The translations under genes were made by a program, and so were the position numbers. 64,000 nt of DNA, from assembly GCA_965205905.1 (NCBI GenBank), contig CBDBHZ010000012.1:7869-71868 (forward strand). Reading direction: 5' to 3'. Of this stretch, positions 46,791-55,350 are shown one piece after another; position 1 is the first letter of the stretch; each line of letters begins with the position of its first letter. The stretch comes from Alphaproteobacteria bacterium (lineage in GTDB: Bacteria > Pseudomonadota > Alphaproteobacteria > JABAAW01 > JAHZMA01). The notes below the pieces were generated by a model. It had not been told where the DNA came from and searched no databases. It worked only from the letters and a program-made list of their open reading frames with translations.

Positions 46791-49142
46791 ATGTCGGCAA
46801 AAACAATCATTCATGAATTTAGCAATGTCGGTTTTGCAGCAAAAAACCGTGCATTCCCCGGCTTTTTGATAAAATCTGAGGCCAATCGGCAAGTGATAGC
46901 ACCGCGTCAGGCTTTGCAGTTTCATTTGCAAATGGGTGATATTATCTCGTTACGGGGCTTAAATAGCGGGCAATCTGTCGCGCTCTCTATCACAGATGCA
47001 AAAGGAAAATCATGCCCAGAAATGCTTGGCTTGAAACCTGCCACCATCAATATGGCAACAGATGATTTTGATAGCGAAGAGTTGCTAGCTTGGGTTTCAA
47101 AAAATGGCGGTAAGGTAACGGATTCCTTGCCTGTTACCATGATTGCACTTGATGCCCTATCTGAAGATGCGCTTATCCTCAAAACAAAAGCGGTTTGCAC
47201 CCTATGGGTTATCCATCCGATGCCAACCGAAGATTTGGTCAGCCATGCATCTGTTGGGCTGCTTGAAATAGCGCACAAGCAAGCCAATCAGCAAGCCAAT
47301 CATGCGCTCACACAATTACCGCCGCCATTAGGTGATATCCGCGATGAGTTCACCATCAACCGTGCCACTGCCCAAGCCTATCAGGTGAATGCAGGTGAGA
47401 TTGTCCAAATTATTGATGTGGAAGGGCAGCAATGCTCTGATTTTATGGCATTGAGGCGCGCGCCCCTTGATAATAACATTGAGATGATGATTGATAGCAC
47501 TGCCACCCGTTCGATGGTGCGTGGTGCGTATCCTGCGCCCGGTCTATTGGATAAATTCTTTGATGCCCAATTACAGCCGATGATGAATGTGCTACAAGAT
47601 ACCTGCGGACGGCATGATACCTTTGGCTTGGCGTGTAATGCGCGTGGCTATGAAGAGCGGGGTTTCCCCGGGCATGTGAATTGCTCTGATAATATTTCAA
47701 ACGCGCTTGCGCCACATGGTGTGCAAAAACGCCTCGCATGGCCTGCGATTAATTTTTTCTGGAACACATGGATAGATGCCGATTCTCATCAGCTGATGAG
47801 CGAAGAGAGCTATTCGCGTGCGGGCGATTATGTGGCGATACGGGCTTTAGATGATTTGGTTTGTGTCAGCACCGCTTGCCCCGATGATATTGACCCCATC
47901 AATGGCTGGAATCCCACCGATATTCATGTGCGTATTTATCGCCCTGATGCCCCCATACGCGTTGCCATAGCCTATCGCGAGAAAGAGAATGCCCCCATGT
48001 CCATCAGTAACCATAGTGCGTTTCACCCCGCAACCTCACAATTAACCACGCAATTCGCACCTGCGCGTGACCTTTGGTTGCCGACAAATTTTCCTGCCTA
48101 TGGCACGATTGGCGAATATTGGGCATGCCGCGAAAAAGTAACATTACAGGATATGTCTAGTTTGCGAAAATACGATATTATCGGTCCTGATGCTGAAAAA
48201 TTATTGCAATATGTGATGTCTCGCGATATTGCCCGTTTGGCTGTGTTTCGTGGCACATATGCGCTGATATGTGACGAGACGGGCACGGTGGTAGATGATG
48301 GCACATTATTTCGGTTAGCGCCTGATTTGTTTCGCTGGTGCTGTGGCACGGAAGAAAGTGCGCGTATTTTAGAGAGCATCGCGCAATCACGCAATATGCA
48401 GGTGCGGATTCATGGCATGGGCGGTGCTTTGCCTAATTTGGCATTGCAAGGGCCGCAATCACGCGCATTGTTGCAGAAAATCATATTCACGCAACCCACT
48501 GTGCCGTCGCTTGAAAATCTAAAATGGTTTGGTGTTACCGTTGCGCGCTTACATAACCGAGATGGCATTCCCTTTATGCTCAGCCGTTCGGGCTATACGG
48601 GTTTGCTTGGCTACGAGTTGTTTTGTGCCGCCTCAGACGCGCCTGCCTTGTGGGATGCTTTGATGCAAGCGGGCGAAGAATTTGGAATTGCGCCGATGGG
48701 GTTACATGCGCTTGATATGATTAGAATTGAAGCAGGATTGGCGGCGGGCAATGCCGAATTTGCTGATGGTGTTGATGCGTTTGAAGCAGGGCTTGGCTTT
48801 GCGGTTAATCTTAACAAAGTAGATTTTCTTGGCAAAACCGCACTTGAGCGCAATGTTCAAAATCCGCGTAAATTATTGAAAGGCCTGATGTTTGATTGCA
48901 ATGATTTACCGATGAATGGCGCGCATGTTTTTGCAGGCGAACGGATGGTTGGCGTGATTACCTCTGCCACGCGCTCACCAATGTTTGAATGTAGCATTGC
49001 GATGGCACGGTTGGCGGTTGAGTTTGCCGATAATGATGTGATGCTGGAAGTAGGGCAGATGGATGGGCGAATGAAACGGCTGAGTGCGCGTGTTTGCGAT
49101 ATTCCGTTTTACGATCCTAAACGCGAAAAACCGCGGATGTGA
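46791..49142 (+). CDS. Fusion protein: DUF1989 (urea-carboxylase-associated-like) domain plus GcvT-type aminomethyltransferase
   Basis: ATG 46791 follows TGGAGG (46781-46786); the track starts at TTG 46761. The middle region ..YQVNAGEIVQIIDVEGQQCSDF...DTCGRHDTFGLACN...STACPDDIDPINGWN.. fits DUF1989. The C-terminal 370 aa or so (..DMSSLRKYDIIGPDAEKLLQ...LALQGPQSRALL...EAGL..) fit the GcvT/DmdA folate-binding family. Confidence 0.78.
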   Translation: MSAKTIIHEFSNVGFAAKNRAFPGFLIKSEANRQVIAPRQALQFHLQMGDIISLRGLNSGQSVALSITDAKGKSCPEMLGLKPATINMATDDFDSEELLAWVSKNGGKVTDSLPVTMIALDALSEDALILKTKAVCTLWVIHPMPTEDLVSHASVGLLEIAHKQANQQANHALTQLPPPLGDIRDEFTINRATAQAYQVNAGEIVQIIDVEGQQCSDFMALRRAPLDNNIEMMIDSTATRSMVRGAYPAPGLLDKFFDAQLQPMMNVLQDTCGRHDTFGLACNARGYEERGFPGHVNCSDNISNALAPHGVQKRLAWPAINFFWNTWIDADSHQLMSEESYSRAGDYVAIRALDDLVCVSTACPDDIDPINGWNPTDIHVRIYRPDAPIRVAIAYREKENAPMSISNHSAFHPATSQLTTQFAPARDLWLPTNFPAYGTIGEYWACREKVTLQDMSSLRKYDIIGPDAEKLLQYVMSRDIARLAVFRGTYALICDETGTVVDDGTLFRLAPDLFRWCCGTEESARILESIAQSRNMQVRIHGMGGALPNLALQGPQSRALLQKIIFTQPTVPSLENLKWFGVTVARLHNRDGIPFMLSRSGYTGLLGYELFCAASDAPALWDALMQAGEEFGIAPMGLHALDMIRIEAGLAAGNAEFADGVDAFEAGLGFAVNLNKVDFLGKTALERNVQNPRKLLKGLMFDCNDLPMNGAHVFAGERMVGVITSATRSPMFECSIAMARLAVEFADNDVMLEVGQMDGRMKRLSARVCDIPFYDPKREKPRM

Positions 49143-49173
49143 GAGGATTATTAAGACTTGCACGATGCAAGTA

Positions 49174-49202
49174 TTGACGAGCCTAACAAAAAACATTATA
49201 CT
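49174..49202 (+). promoter_or_regulatory. Candidate sigma70 promoter, TTGACG-N17-TATACT
   Basis: TTGACG (49174-49179), a 17-nt spacer and TATACT (49197-49202) lie 36 nt upstream of ATG 49239. The inverted repeat CTTGCAcgaTGCAAG (49158-49172) precedes it. Confidence 0.5.
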
Positions 49203-49238
49203 CACCTTAATGACCAGTCATCAACAGGAGAAAAACCA

Positions 49239-52200
49239 ATGAAACACCTTGTTTTACCGATATTATTATCCCTCACCCTTATTGCTTGCAATGGTAGCAG
49301 TGCTGGCGGTAGCACCGCATCCGATAACACAGGCACTGACCCTGTAACAGACCCTAAAACAGACCCTGTAACTGACCCTAAAACTGACCCTGTTGAGAAA
49401 ACATGCGCGACTGATATTACCCTATGCCTTGAGAGCGTTACGCACATTTTTAGCTTTACCGAAACGCTTGGCACAATTACGGTTGCCCCCGAATCGCAAA
49501 CCACAACCACCGCCTATAGTGAAACCTCGCTCACAGCGGCAGCCACAGCCAATAGCAATATCATTACCCTGCCTGCGATTGCCGTGTTGTTTAACAATAG
49601 CACCAGTTACAAGCGTGAAGCTAGCACGGTTGACTGGAATAATAGTGAGGATAGAGGCATCATCACCACGCCCAATGCCACTTTATCACGCACCTCGCTC
49701 GATGTTTCTGCTAAATATCCGACTGTGCAACTCACACTTGATGGCTCGGCATTCACGGCAGAAATCTATGCTGACGATACCTATAGCAATCTAACTGCCG
49801 ATACAAGTTCAACTTTCTTCGGCTTTACTGCCACCAATATGGCGTTTGTTGAATGGAGCGATTCGCCCACGCCTGCCTTTGATTTAAGCACCCAAACAGG
49901 TGATTTAGCAACGGATTACAGCAAGCAAGGCATGTTGATAGCGGGCATTGCCACCACTGATTTTACCATGCTTGATGGCGCAACGCAATTTACCGGCAAA
50001 GGCAAGGGCGAATATGGCGTGTTGCAAGCGGATAAAAGCTTTACGCCTTACGATACCACATTCAGCACCAGAATTAATGTTGATTTCGTCAGTAAAATGC
50101 TTGATTTCTATAGCTATGGCACGGCTTGCGATAGTTGCACATTGCCTGCCGATACCGACCTTAATCTCACCGCAACGGGTTTAAGTTTTGCTGATGCTGT
50201 TGGTAATAATCTCAGCACCAATACCGCAAGTGCAGGCACATTAACAGGCACGCTTGATGCGCGATTCTATGGCAATGTAGGCGATGGCGCAAATGAATTT
50301 GGTGGCACATTCGCGCTTACCGATAATGCAAGCTATTATTATGGTGCATTCGGGGCAGAAATTGGCGATTGGTTTGTGTTTACGAATCAGGTTACAACTG
50401 CTGATGCAGGTGAGATGATTGGTGACTACACTGTGCCAACGGCTAATAAAGAAGGCGTAGCAAACACAACAGATTTAACCTTAACAAGCTTTACTGATAC
50501 AGATGCCAATAAGGGTAAAACCAATATTACCTTGCCTGCCTCTATGGTTTATCTTCAAAGAGTAACTGGCAACACTAAAACCATCACCAATAATATTTTT
50601 GAAAATAGTGCCACCAATAAAGCCGTGCTACAATTTTCTTATGATTCTGCTGGTCAGTTTTTTGCTAATAAAGACAATGACGGCGACAATGATAAAACCA
50701 ACGACAACCATGTCGCCCTCTATTTTGGTGATAAACGCTATGGAATAACGATTGGCACAAACGCTGGAAACGCTATTGCCATTGATGGTGATAATTTCGC
50801 TTCGAGTGATAATGTTTTTATTCTTAATTTTGAAATGATTAACGCTAATAGTGACTCTGTTTTTGGCTTTGCCACCGACTATATGGTCAATATCAGTTGG
50901 AATGCAACTGGTGGCAGGCTTGGCATGGGCGTTGCCGGTTTTGAAACTGAAACATTGCTAACTGCTGGCGCCACCCGTTTCACGGGCAGAGGGCGTGGTG
51001 CTTATGCTTCTTCAAGCAGTAGCCCACTCACTAGCGTCCGCTATTTTGCTATCACCGCCGATATTGATTTTTTCGAGCGTAGTGTGGTGCTAGAAAGCCG
51101 TAATACTTGTAGTAATATCGATAATTGCTCTGGCACGTTAATACCAGAACTTGATTTCAAAGGCACTTTAGAATATGCGGAGGGCATCAATGCCATTTCT
51201 GGCACTATTGCCACCAAAGCCACTAGCACTGCAGGCTCGGCATTAACAGGCAAGGCTTTTGCCAAATTTTACGGAGGCGACACCCAAGAATTTGGTGGCA
51301 CTTTCAGCCTACAAAACGCATCAAGTGAGAGCTATATCGGCTTCTTCGGCGGTGTGCGCGGTGATTATCTTATTTTTAGTAACGATGATGTTACAACCGA
51401 TGCAGTGATTACTGATAGCACAGATTCATCAATAACCTATAATACGCCAACGATTGATAAGCAAGACCTAACAGGTTTGAATGATAGCAATCGCGCAAGT
51501 AAAACCATCACCTTGCCTGCCTCTATCGTCTATATCAGAAGAGATACAACTGCTAAAACCATCACCAACACTATTGTTGAAAATAGTGCTGATAATAACG
51601 CAGTGCTAGAATTTTCTTATGATGCAGATGGTAAATTATTTGCTAATAGCAACAACCCTGCCGCCCTCTATTTTGATGATAAACGCTATGCGGTTACTGA
51701 TTCATCAGCGAATGACAATTATATTGAAAGTGCATTTTCTGGTGACAGCAGTGATGGTGGGATTCTTACTGTTTTATCATTCAGTAAATCTAGTAATAAC
51801 TTTGACTTTGCCACAGAGTATATGATCAGGATTCACTGGGAGGGAGTTATTGGATTAACCGATAATATTTCGGGTAGCGGGGTTGCAGGTTTCGAAACCA
51901 TAGGCAGTGCAATTCCTACATCTAGCAGTGCCAGTTTCACGGGCAAAGGGAGTGGCAATGATTATGATGAAGGTAACAGTGCCAACCGCTATTTTGATAT
52001 TGATGCCGATATTGATTTTAGCAATCGCACTGTGGCACTGGAAAGCCGTAATACTTGTAGCAATCCTAATAATTGCTCTGGCACGTTAAAACCAGAACAT
52101 GATTTTAAAGGCACTTTAAGCTACGAAGCAGGCACAAACGCTATCACGGGTAATATCATTGCCAAAGGCAATGATGATAGTTTTGATAGTGATGACGGCA

Positions 52201-52337
52201 CGCAATTAACAGGCACAGCCAATGCCAAATTTTACGGAATTGTAACTGATGGCGCACCCGCAGAATTAGGCGGCACATTTTCTATGCAACACCCATCAGG
52301 CGAGGGCTATATAGGCTTTTTCGGGGCGACGAAATAA
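49239..52337 (+). CDS. Modular surface lipoprotein (1032 aa) with three TbpB/fHbp-like handle-barrel modules
   Basis: ATG 49239 follows CAGGAG (49225-49230); the track starts at 49158. The signal peptide is MKHLVLPILLSLTLIAC (lipobox LIAC). Three closing motifs are LDARFYG..EFGGTFAL..YYYGAFGA (about 50259), AKFYG..EFGGTFSL..YIGFFGG (about 51261) and AKFYG..ELGGTFSM..YIGFFGATK (about 52224). Confidence 0.85.
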   Translation: MKHLVLPILLSLTLIACNGSSAGGSTASDNTGTDPVTDPKTDPVTDPKTDPVEKTCATDITLCLESVTHIFSFTETLGTITVAPESQTTTTAYSETSLTAAATANSNIITLPAIAVLFNNSTSYKREASTVDWNNSEDRGIITTPNATLSRTSLDVSAKYPTVQLTLDGSAFTAEIYADDTYSNLTADTSSTFFGFTATNMAFVEWSDSPTPAFDLSTQTGDLATDYSKQGMLIAGIATTDFTMLDGATQFTGKGKGEYGVLQADKSFTPYDTTFSTRINVDFVSKMLDFYSYGTACDSCTLPADTDLNLTATGLSFADAVGNNLSTNTASAGTLTGTLDARFYGNVGDGANEFGGTFALTDNASYYYGAFGAEIGDWFVFTNQVTTADAGEMIGDYTVPTANKEGVANTTDLTLTSFTDTDANKGKTNITLPASMVYLQRVTGNTKTITNNIFENSATNKAVLQFSYDSAGQFFANKDNDGDNDKTNDNHVALYFGDKRYGITIGTNAGNAIAIDGDNFASSDNVFILNFEMINANSDSVFGFATDYMVNISWNATGGRLGMGVAGFETETLLTAGATRFTGRGRGAYASSSSSPLTSVRYFAITADIDFFERSVVLESRNTCSNIDNCSGTLIPELDFKGTLEYAEGINAISGTIATKATSTAGSALTGKAFAKFYGGDTQEFGGTFSLQNASSESYIGFFGGVRGDYLIFSNDDVTTDAVITDSTDSSITYNTPTIDKQDLTGLNDSNRASKTITLPASIVYIRRDTTAKTITNTIVENSADNNAVLEFSYDADGKLFANSNNPAALYFDDKRYAVTDSSANDNYIESAFSGDSSDGGILTVLSFSKSSNNFDFATEYMIRIHWEGVIGLTDNISGSGVAGFETIGSAIPTSSSASFTGKGSGNDYDEGNSANRYFDIDADIDFSNRTVALESRNTCSNPNNCSGTLKPEHDFKGTLSYEAGTNAITGNIIAKGNDDSFDSDDGTQLTGTANAKFYGIVTDGAPAELGGTFSMQHPSGEGYIGFFGATK
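49338..49394 (+). repeat. 12-bp tandem repeat encoding (DP[VK]T)n linker
   Basis: gaccctgtaaca/gaccctaaaaca/gaccctgtaact/gaccctaaaact/gaccctgtt encodes DPVTDPKTDPVTDPKTDPV just after the lipobox. Confidence 0.9.
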
Positions 52338-52356
52338 TATCAAGGGGGGTGCGGTC

Positions 52357-52382
52357 TCATTAATATATGGGGGGCTTTGCGA
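52357..52382 (+). repeat. TCATTAATATATGGGGGGCTTTGCGA box (copy B1)
   Basis: It is identical over about 25 nt to the minus-strand sequence at 1292-1317. Both copies lie 20-60 nt downstream of paralogous lipoprotein genes. Confidence 0.6.
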
Positions 52383-52583
52383 AGTCGGTTCATTATTTAA
52401 GGGGGGGTGCGAAATGGCTTCTCGATGCGCGCTTGTCAAATTTTTGTCCGTAGGACAACCACCACGCGATGTTCGGTTTGCCCTTGTACCAATGGCGGGC
52501 AACCCCTCACCCATACCCCCCACCGCTGTGTCTCACATGAATATCACGCTTGCCTTAACAACCCCCCCGCTCCCCCCTCCGTC

Positions 52584-52629
52584 ATTCCGTGCCACTGTGC
52601 CGATAGGCACAGTGACTAAGACACGGAAT
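52584..52629. other. Strong nested hairpin inside the GC-rich non-coding spacer (possible structured RNA)
   Basis: The outer stem is ATTCCGTG (52584-52591) with CACGGAAT (52622-52629). The inner perfect 9-bp stem is CACTGTGCC (52593-52601) with GGCACAGTG (52606-52614) and loop GATA. Confidence 0.4.
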
Positions 52630-52727
52630 CCAGAGTATAAGGCACTGCGAGCGACAAAAACACAACTATCAAAGTATTCCGCATAAACCTGCAAAAGAAC
52701 GACAAGCATTTCGATTATACCCACCGC

Positions 52728-52768
52728 TCATTAATATATGGGAGACTGCCCCCGTGAAGACGGGGGGC
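52728..52768 (+). repeat. TCATTAATATATGGG box (copy B2) plus GC hairpin
   Basis: The box (52728-52742) is followed by stem CCCCCG (52749-52754) with CGGGGG (52761-52766) and loop TGAAGA. A weakly T-rich tract follows on the plus strand. The element abuts the stop of the convergent amidase. Confidence 0.45.
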
Positions 52769-54183
52769 TATTGTTGTGGTAGGGAAAATTTTCCAATCTG
52801 TTGCTCTAGCATTTGTGCAACATCAAGACAAAACCAATCATCAAACATGGCACCGACTAACTGCACCCCAACAGGAGTTTTTTCTGCGCCAGTTTCGGCA
52901 ATATGGGTAGGCAAGGCAACCGAAGGTAAGCCAAGCACATTAATCGCTGTTAGGTAACGTTGCTGCTGTAAGATAGTTGAGACAGATTGTGGATTTTTGA
53001 AATCGGCATCATTTTCAAAAGGTAACGCCCCTGATGTTGGTAGCAGTAACATATCAATATTTGCGAACATTCTTGACCAATCCCTCTGAATTGCCACCCT
53101 ATCACGCATGGCATACATCACAGTTTCAAGCGTTATTGTGTCGGCATCAGCGGCTTGTTGATAGAGTTTGATAAGGTTGCTCATTTCAGGTGTCAGCACT
53201 TTATGTTGATTTTCTTTTAGGAAAATGTTGGTTTCAGAAAATAGTAATTGCATCCAAATTTCACCAGCGCGTATCATTTGTGGTGGGGTAATCTCTTCCA
53301 CAATACAGCCTGCTTGTTGCAAGCCGTTAATGGCAATATCCATACCGCGCTCTATCTCTGCGTCAATTTTATTGTTAAAAGGGGTGCGTGCAAAGCCAAT
53401 TTTAAGAGGCTTGTTTCTGGCATTACCACTTGTTAAAGCATCGCGCCATGCGGGGTCGGTTGCCGAAAATTTTGACATTGATTGTAACGCCACTCGCACA
53501 TCACTGATACAGCGTGCTATCGGGCCATGCACCGACATAGATTGCGTCATGGGTGGGCGTTCTTCAGGCAAGCTAGCCACATATAATGGTACACGCCCCA
53601 CCGAAGGCTTGATGGTTGCAACCCCGCAACAATAAGCAGGATAGCGAAGCGAGCCACCCAAATCACTGCCATGTGCAATCACCCCTATGCCCGATGCCAC
53701 CGCCGCCGATGCCCCACCGCTTGACCCGCCGGGCGTTAGATTGGCATTCCAAGGGTTTTTCGTTACGCCATAAATCGGGTTTGATGAAAACCACCGCATT
53801 GATAATTCAGGCACATTGGTGCGCCCAATAACAATCGCGCCATCATCTTGCATGAATTGAAGCACAGGCGAGGTTTGGGTTGCCTCTTGTTTGTTGAAGG
53901 CAGGAATGCCATTAGAACTACAGCTACCCTTAAAATCGGTGTTGATTTTAACCGTTACTGGCACGCCAAATAAATCGGATGCGTTTTCAGGGATTTTTGC
54001 ATTGTCAATGGCTTTGGCTTGCGTAATACTTTCATCAGCGAATGTTTCAGTGATGGCGTTGATTTTTGGATTGACTGCCTCAATTTGTGTAAGGTGAGCA
54101 GCAATCACTTCTTCAGCTTTGATATCACGCGATTTAATGGCTTGTGACGTTTGTAATGCCGACCATTGCAATATTTCTTTCAT
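52768..54183 (-). CDS. Amidase-signature enzyme
   Basis: 471 aa with ..TPGGSSGGASAAVASG.. and a typical N-terminus (..IKSRDIKAEEVIAAHLTQIEAVNPKINA..). Confidence 0.9.
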   Translation of the reverse strand: MKEILQWSALQTSQAIKSRDIKAEEVIAAHLTQIEAVNPKINAITETFADESITQAKAIDNAKIPENASDLFGVPVTVKINTDFKGSCSSNGIPAFNKQEATQTSPVLQFMQDDGAIVIGRTNVPELSMRWFSSNPIYGVTKNPWNANLTPGGSSGGASAAVASGIGVIAHGSDLGGSLRYPAYCCGVATIKPSVGRVPLYVASLPEERPPMTQSMSVHGPIARCISDVRVALQSMSKFSATDPAWRDALTSGNARNKPLKIGFARTPFNNKIDAEIERGMDIAINGLQQAGCIVEEITPPQMIRAGEIWMQLLFSETNIFLKENQHKVLTPEMSNLIKLYQQAADADTITLETVMYAMRDRVAIQRDWSRMFANIDMLLLPTSGALPFENDADFKNPQSVSTILQQQRYLTAINVLGLPSVALPTHIAETGAEKTPVGVQLVGAMFDDWFCLDVAQMLEQQIGKFSLPQQ

Positions 54184-54260
54184 AACATCCCTCTTTTATT
54201 AATGAAATTATCCGTATGGTGTTTATAACAGAAAAAAACATGGTATTCAATTTTATTATC

Positions 54261-54284
54261 TGTTATATTGTTACAGAGAATCAA
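54261..54284 (+). promoter_or_regulatory. Shared upstream motif TGTTAT..TGTTACAGA(G)AATCAA (copy 1)
   Basis: tgttatattgttacagagaatcaa lies 40 nt upstream of dctP. It aligns with 59221..59248 upstream of the second dctP, and TGTTACA recurs at 59265 and 63520 (upstream of paaA). Confidence 0.3.
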
Positions 54285-54323
54285 ATTCTCTAAAAATATG
54301 ACACAACAATGGGGGTATATAAT

Positions 54324-55343
54324 ATGACTATTATCAAAAAAATAAGTTTTGCCAATATTGCAGTTAAAATGGCAATGGCAATGGCATTTTTGCTTGCAAC
54401 TACAAATGTTAGCGCAAAAGAGCTAAAATTTGCAACAGCAGCACCTGCAAAAACACCATGGGTAACGCACATGGAAAAATCAGCCGCAAGCCTAGCGGAA
54501 TCATCGGGTGGTGATTTAACCTTGAAGGTATTTGCAGCATCACAATTAGGTGATGAGACCGAAACCATCAAACAAGTCGCACGTGGCAGAATTGATATGG
54601 GACTGTTTTCGGTAAGCGCAGCATCTATTGTTGTGCCTGAAGTGGTGTTATTAACCTCACCATTTTTCTGGGATTCTTTTGAACAGGCTGATTGCGCGTT
54701 AGATAATCATTTAACCGAAGTCTTTAACCCGATTTTTGAAGCAAAAGGCTTGAAAATTGTGCAATGGCAAGAATTAGGTTGGCAAAATCTTTTTGCAAAA
54801 AAACTCATTACCAAACCTTCTGAGGTTGTTGGCTTTAAGATGCGCGTTGCACCTGCAAAAAATCACGATATTTTATGGCGTGGTTTACGCGCAAGTGGTG
54901 TGCCACTGCCTTTTGCTGAAACAGCGTCGGGTTTGCAAACAGGGCTTATTGATGGTGGTGAATTGCCAACAATCTCGTATGTGGCAACAGGCATGGGTGA
55001 GATTGCGCCTTATTTAACCAATACCCGCCATGTCTATCAACCATCGATTTTGTTGGCAAGCACAAGAAGCTGGAAAAAGCTTTCAAAGAAAGAAAAGAAA
55101 TGGTTTAATGATTCACTCGCACCATCGTCGGAGTTACGTGCAGGTGTGCGTGGTGCTATTAAATTCTTTGAAAATAAGCTGATTGAAAGTGGTGGCACGG
55201 TAACGAATTTAACCGATGCAGAACGTGCTGAATGGTCAAAATTATATACGCCGAAAATGCAAGCACAGCTTATCAAAGAATTGGGTGGTTCTTCCAAAAA
55301 AATATTTAAGGCGGTTGAAGCGGCGCGTAAAGCCTGCTCATAA
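54324..55343 (+). CDS. dctP: TRAP transporter substrate-binding protein DctP
   Basis: ATG 54324 (MTIIKKISF...) follows TGGGGG. The signal peptide ends VSA and the protein is DctP-family in length and layout (..KELKFATAAPAKTPW..). Confidence 0.88.
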   Translation: MTIIKKISFANIAVKMAMAMAFLLATTNVSAKELKFATAAPAKTPWVTHMEKSAASLAESSGGDLTLKVFAASQLGDETETIKQVARGRIDMGLFSVSAASIVVPEVVLLTSPFFWDSFEQADCALDNHLTEVFNPIFEAKGLKIVQWQELGWQNLFAKKLITKPSEVVGFKMRVAPAKNHDILWRGLRASGVPLPFAETASGLQTGLIDGGELPTISYVATGMGEIAPYLTNTRHVYQPSILLASTRSWKKLSKKEKKWFNDSLAPSSELRAGVRGAIKFFENKLIESGGTVTNLTDAERAEWSKLYTPKMQAQLIKELGGSSKKIFKAVEAARKACS

Positions 55344-55350
55344 TTAAACC

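Noticed and set aside
52344-52578. G6-G7 and C6-C7 homopolymer runs as phase-variation switches
   Set aside because: They lie between two gene 3' ends, not in a promoter spacer or a coding 5' region, so length changes would not switch any visible gene on or off.
52400-52630. Possible cobalamin riboswitch (GCCACTG B12-box-like heptamer at 52591-52597, GGTGCGAAAT at 52407)
   Set aside because: Only these short fragments resemble the consensus; the other conserved cores are absent. No gene lies downstream in either orientation, because both flanking genes converge on the spacer.
52407-52686. 70-aa and 90-aa ORFs in the GC-rich spacer
   Set aside because: They have no Shine-Dalgarno, the frames overlap one another, and the Pro/Arg/Cys-rich low-complexity products are driven by C and G homopolymers. 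I treat the region as non-coding.
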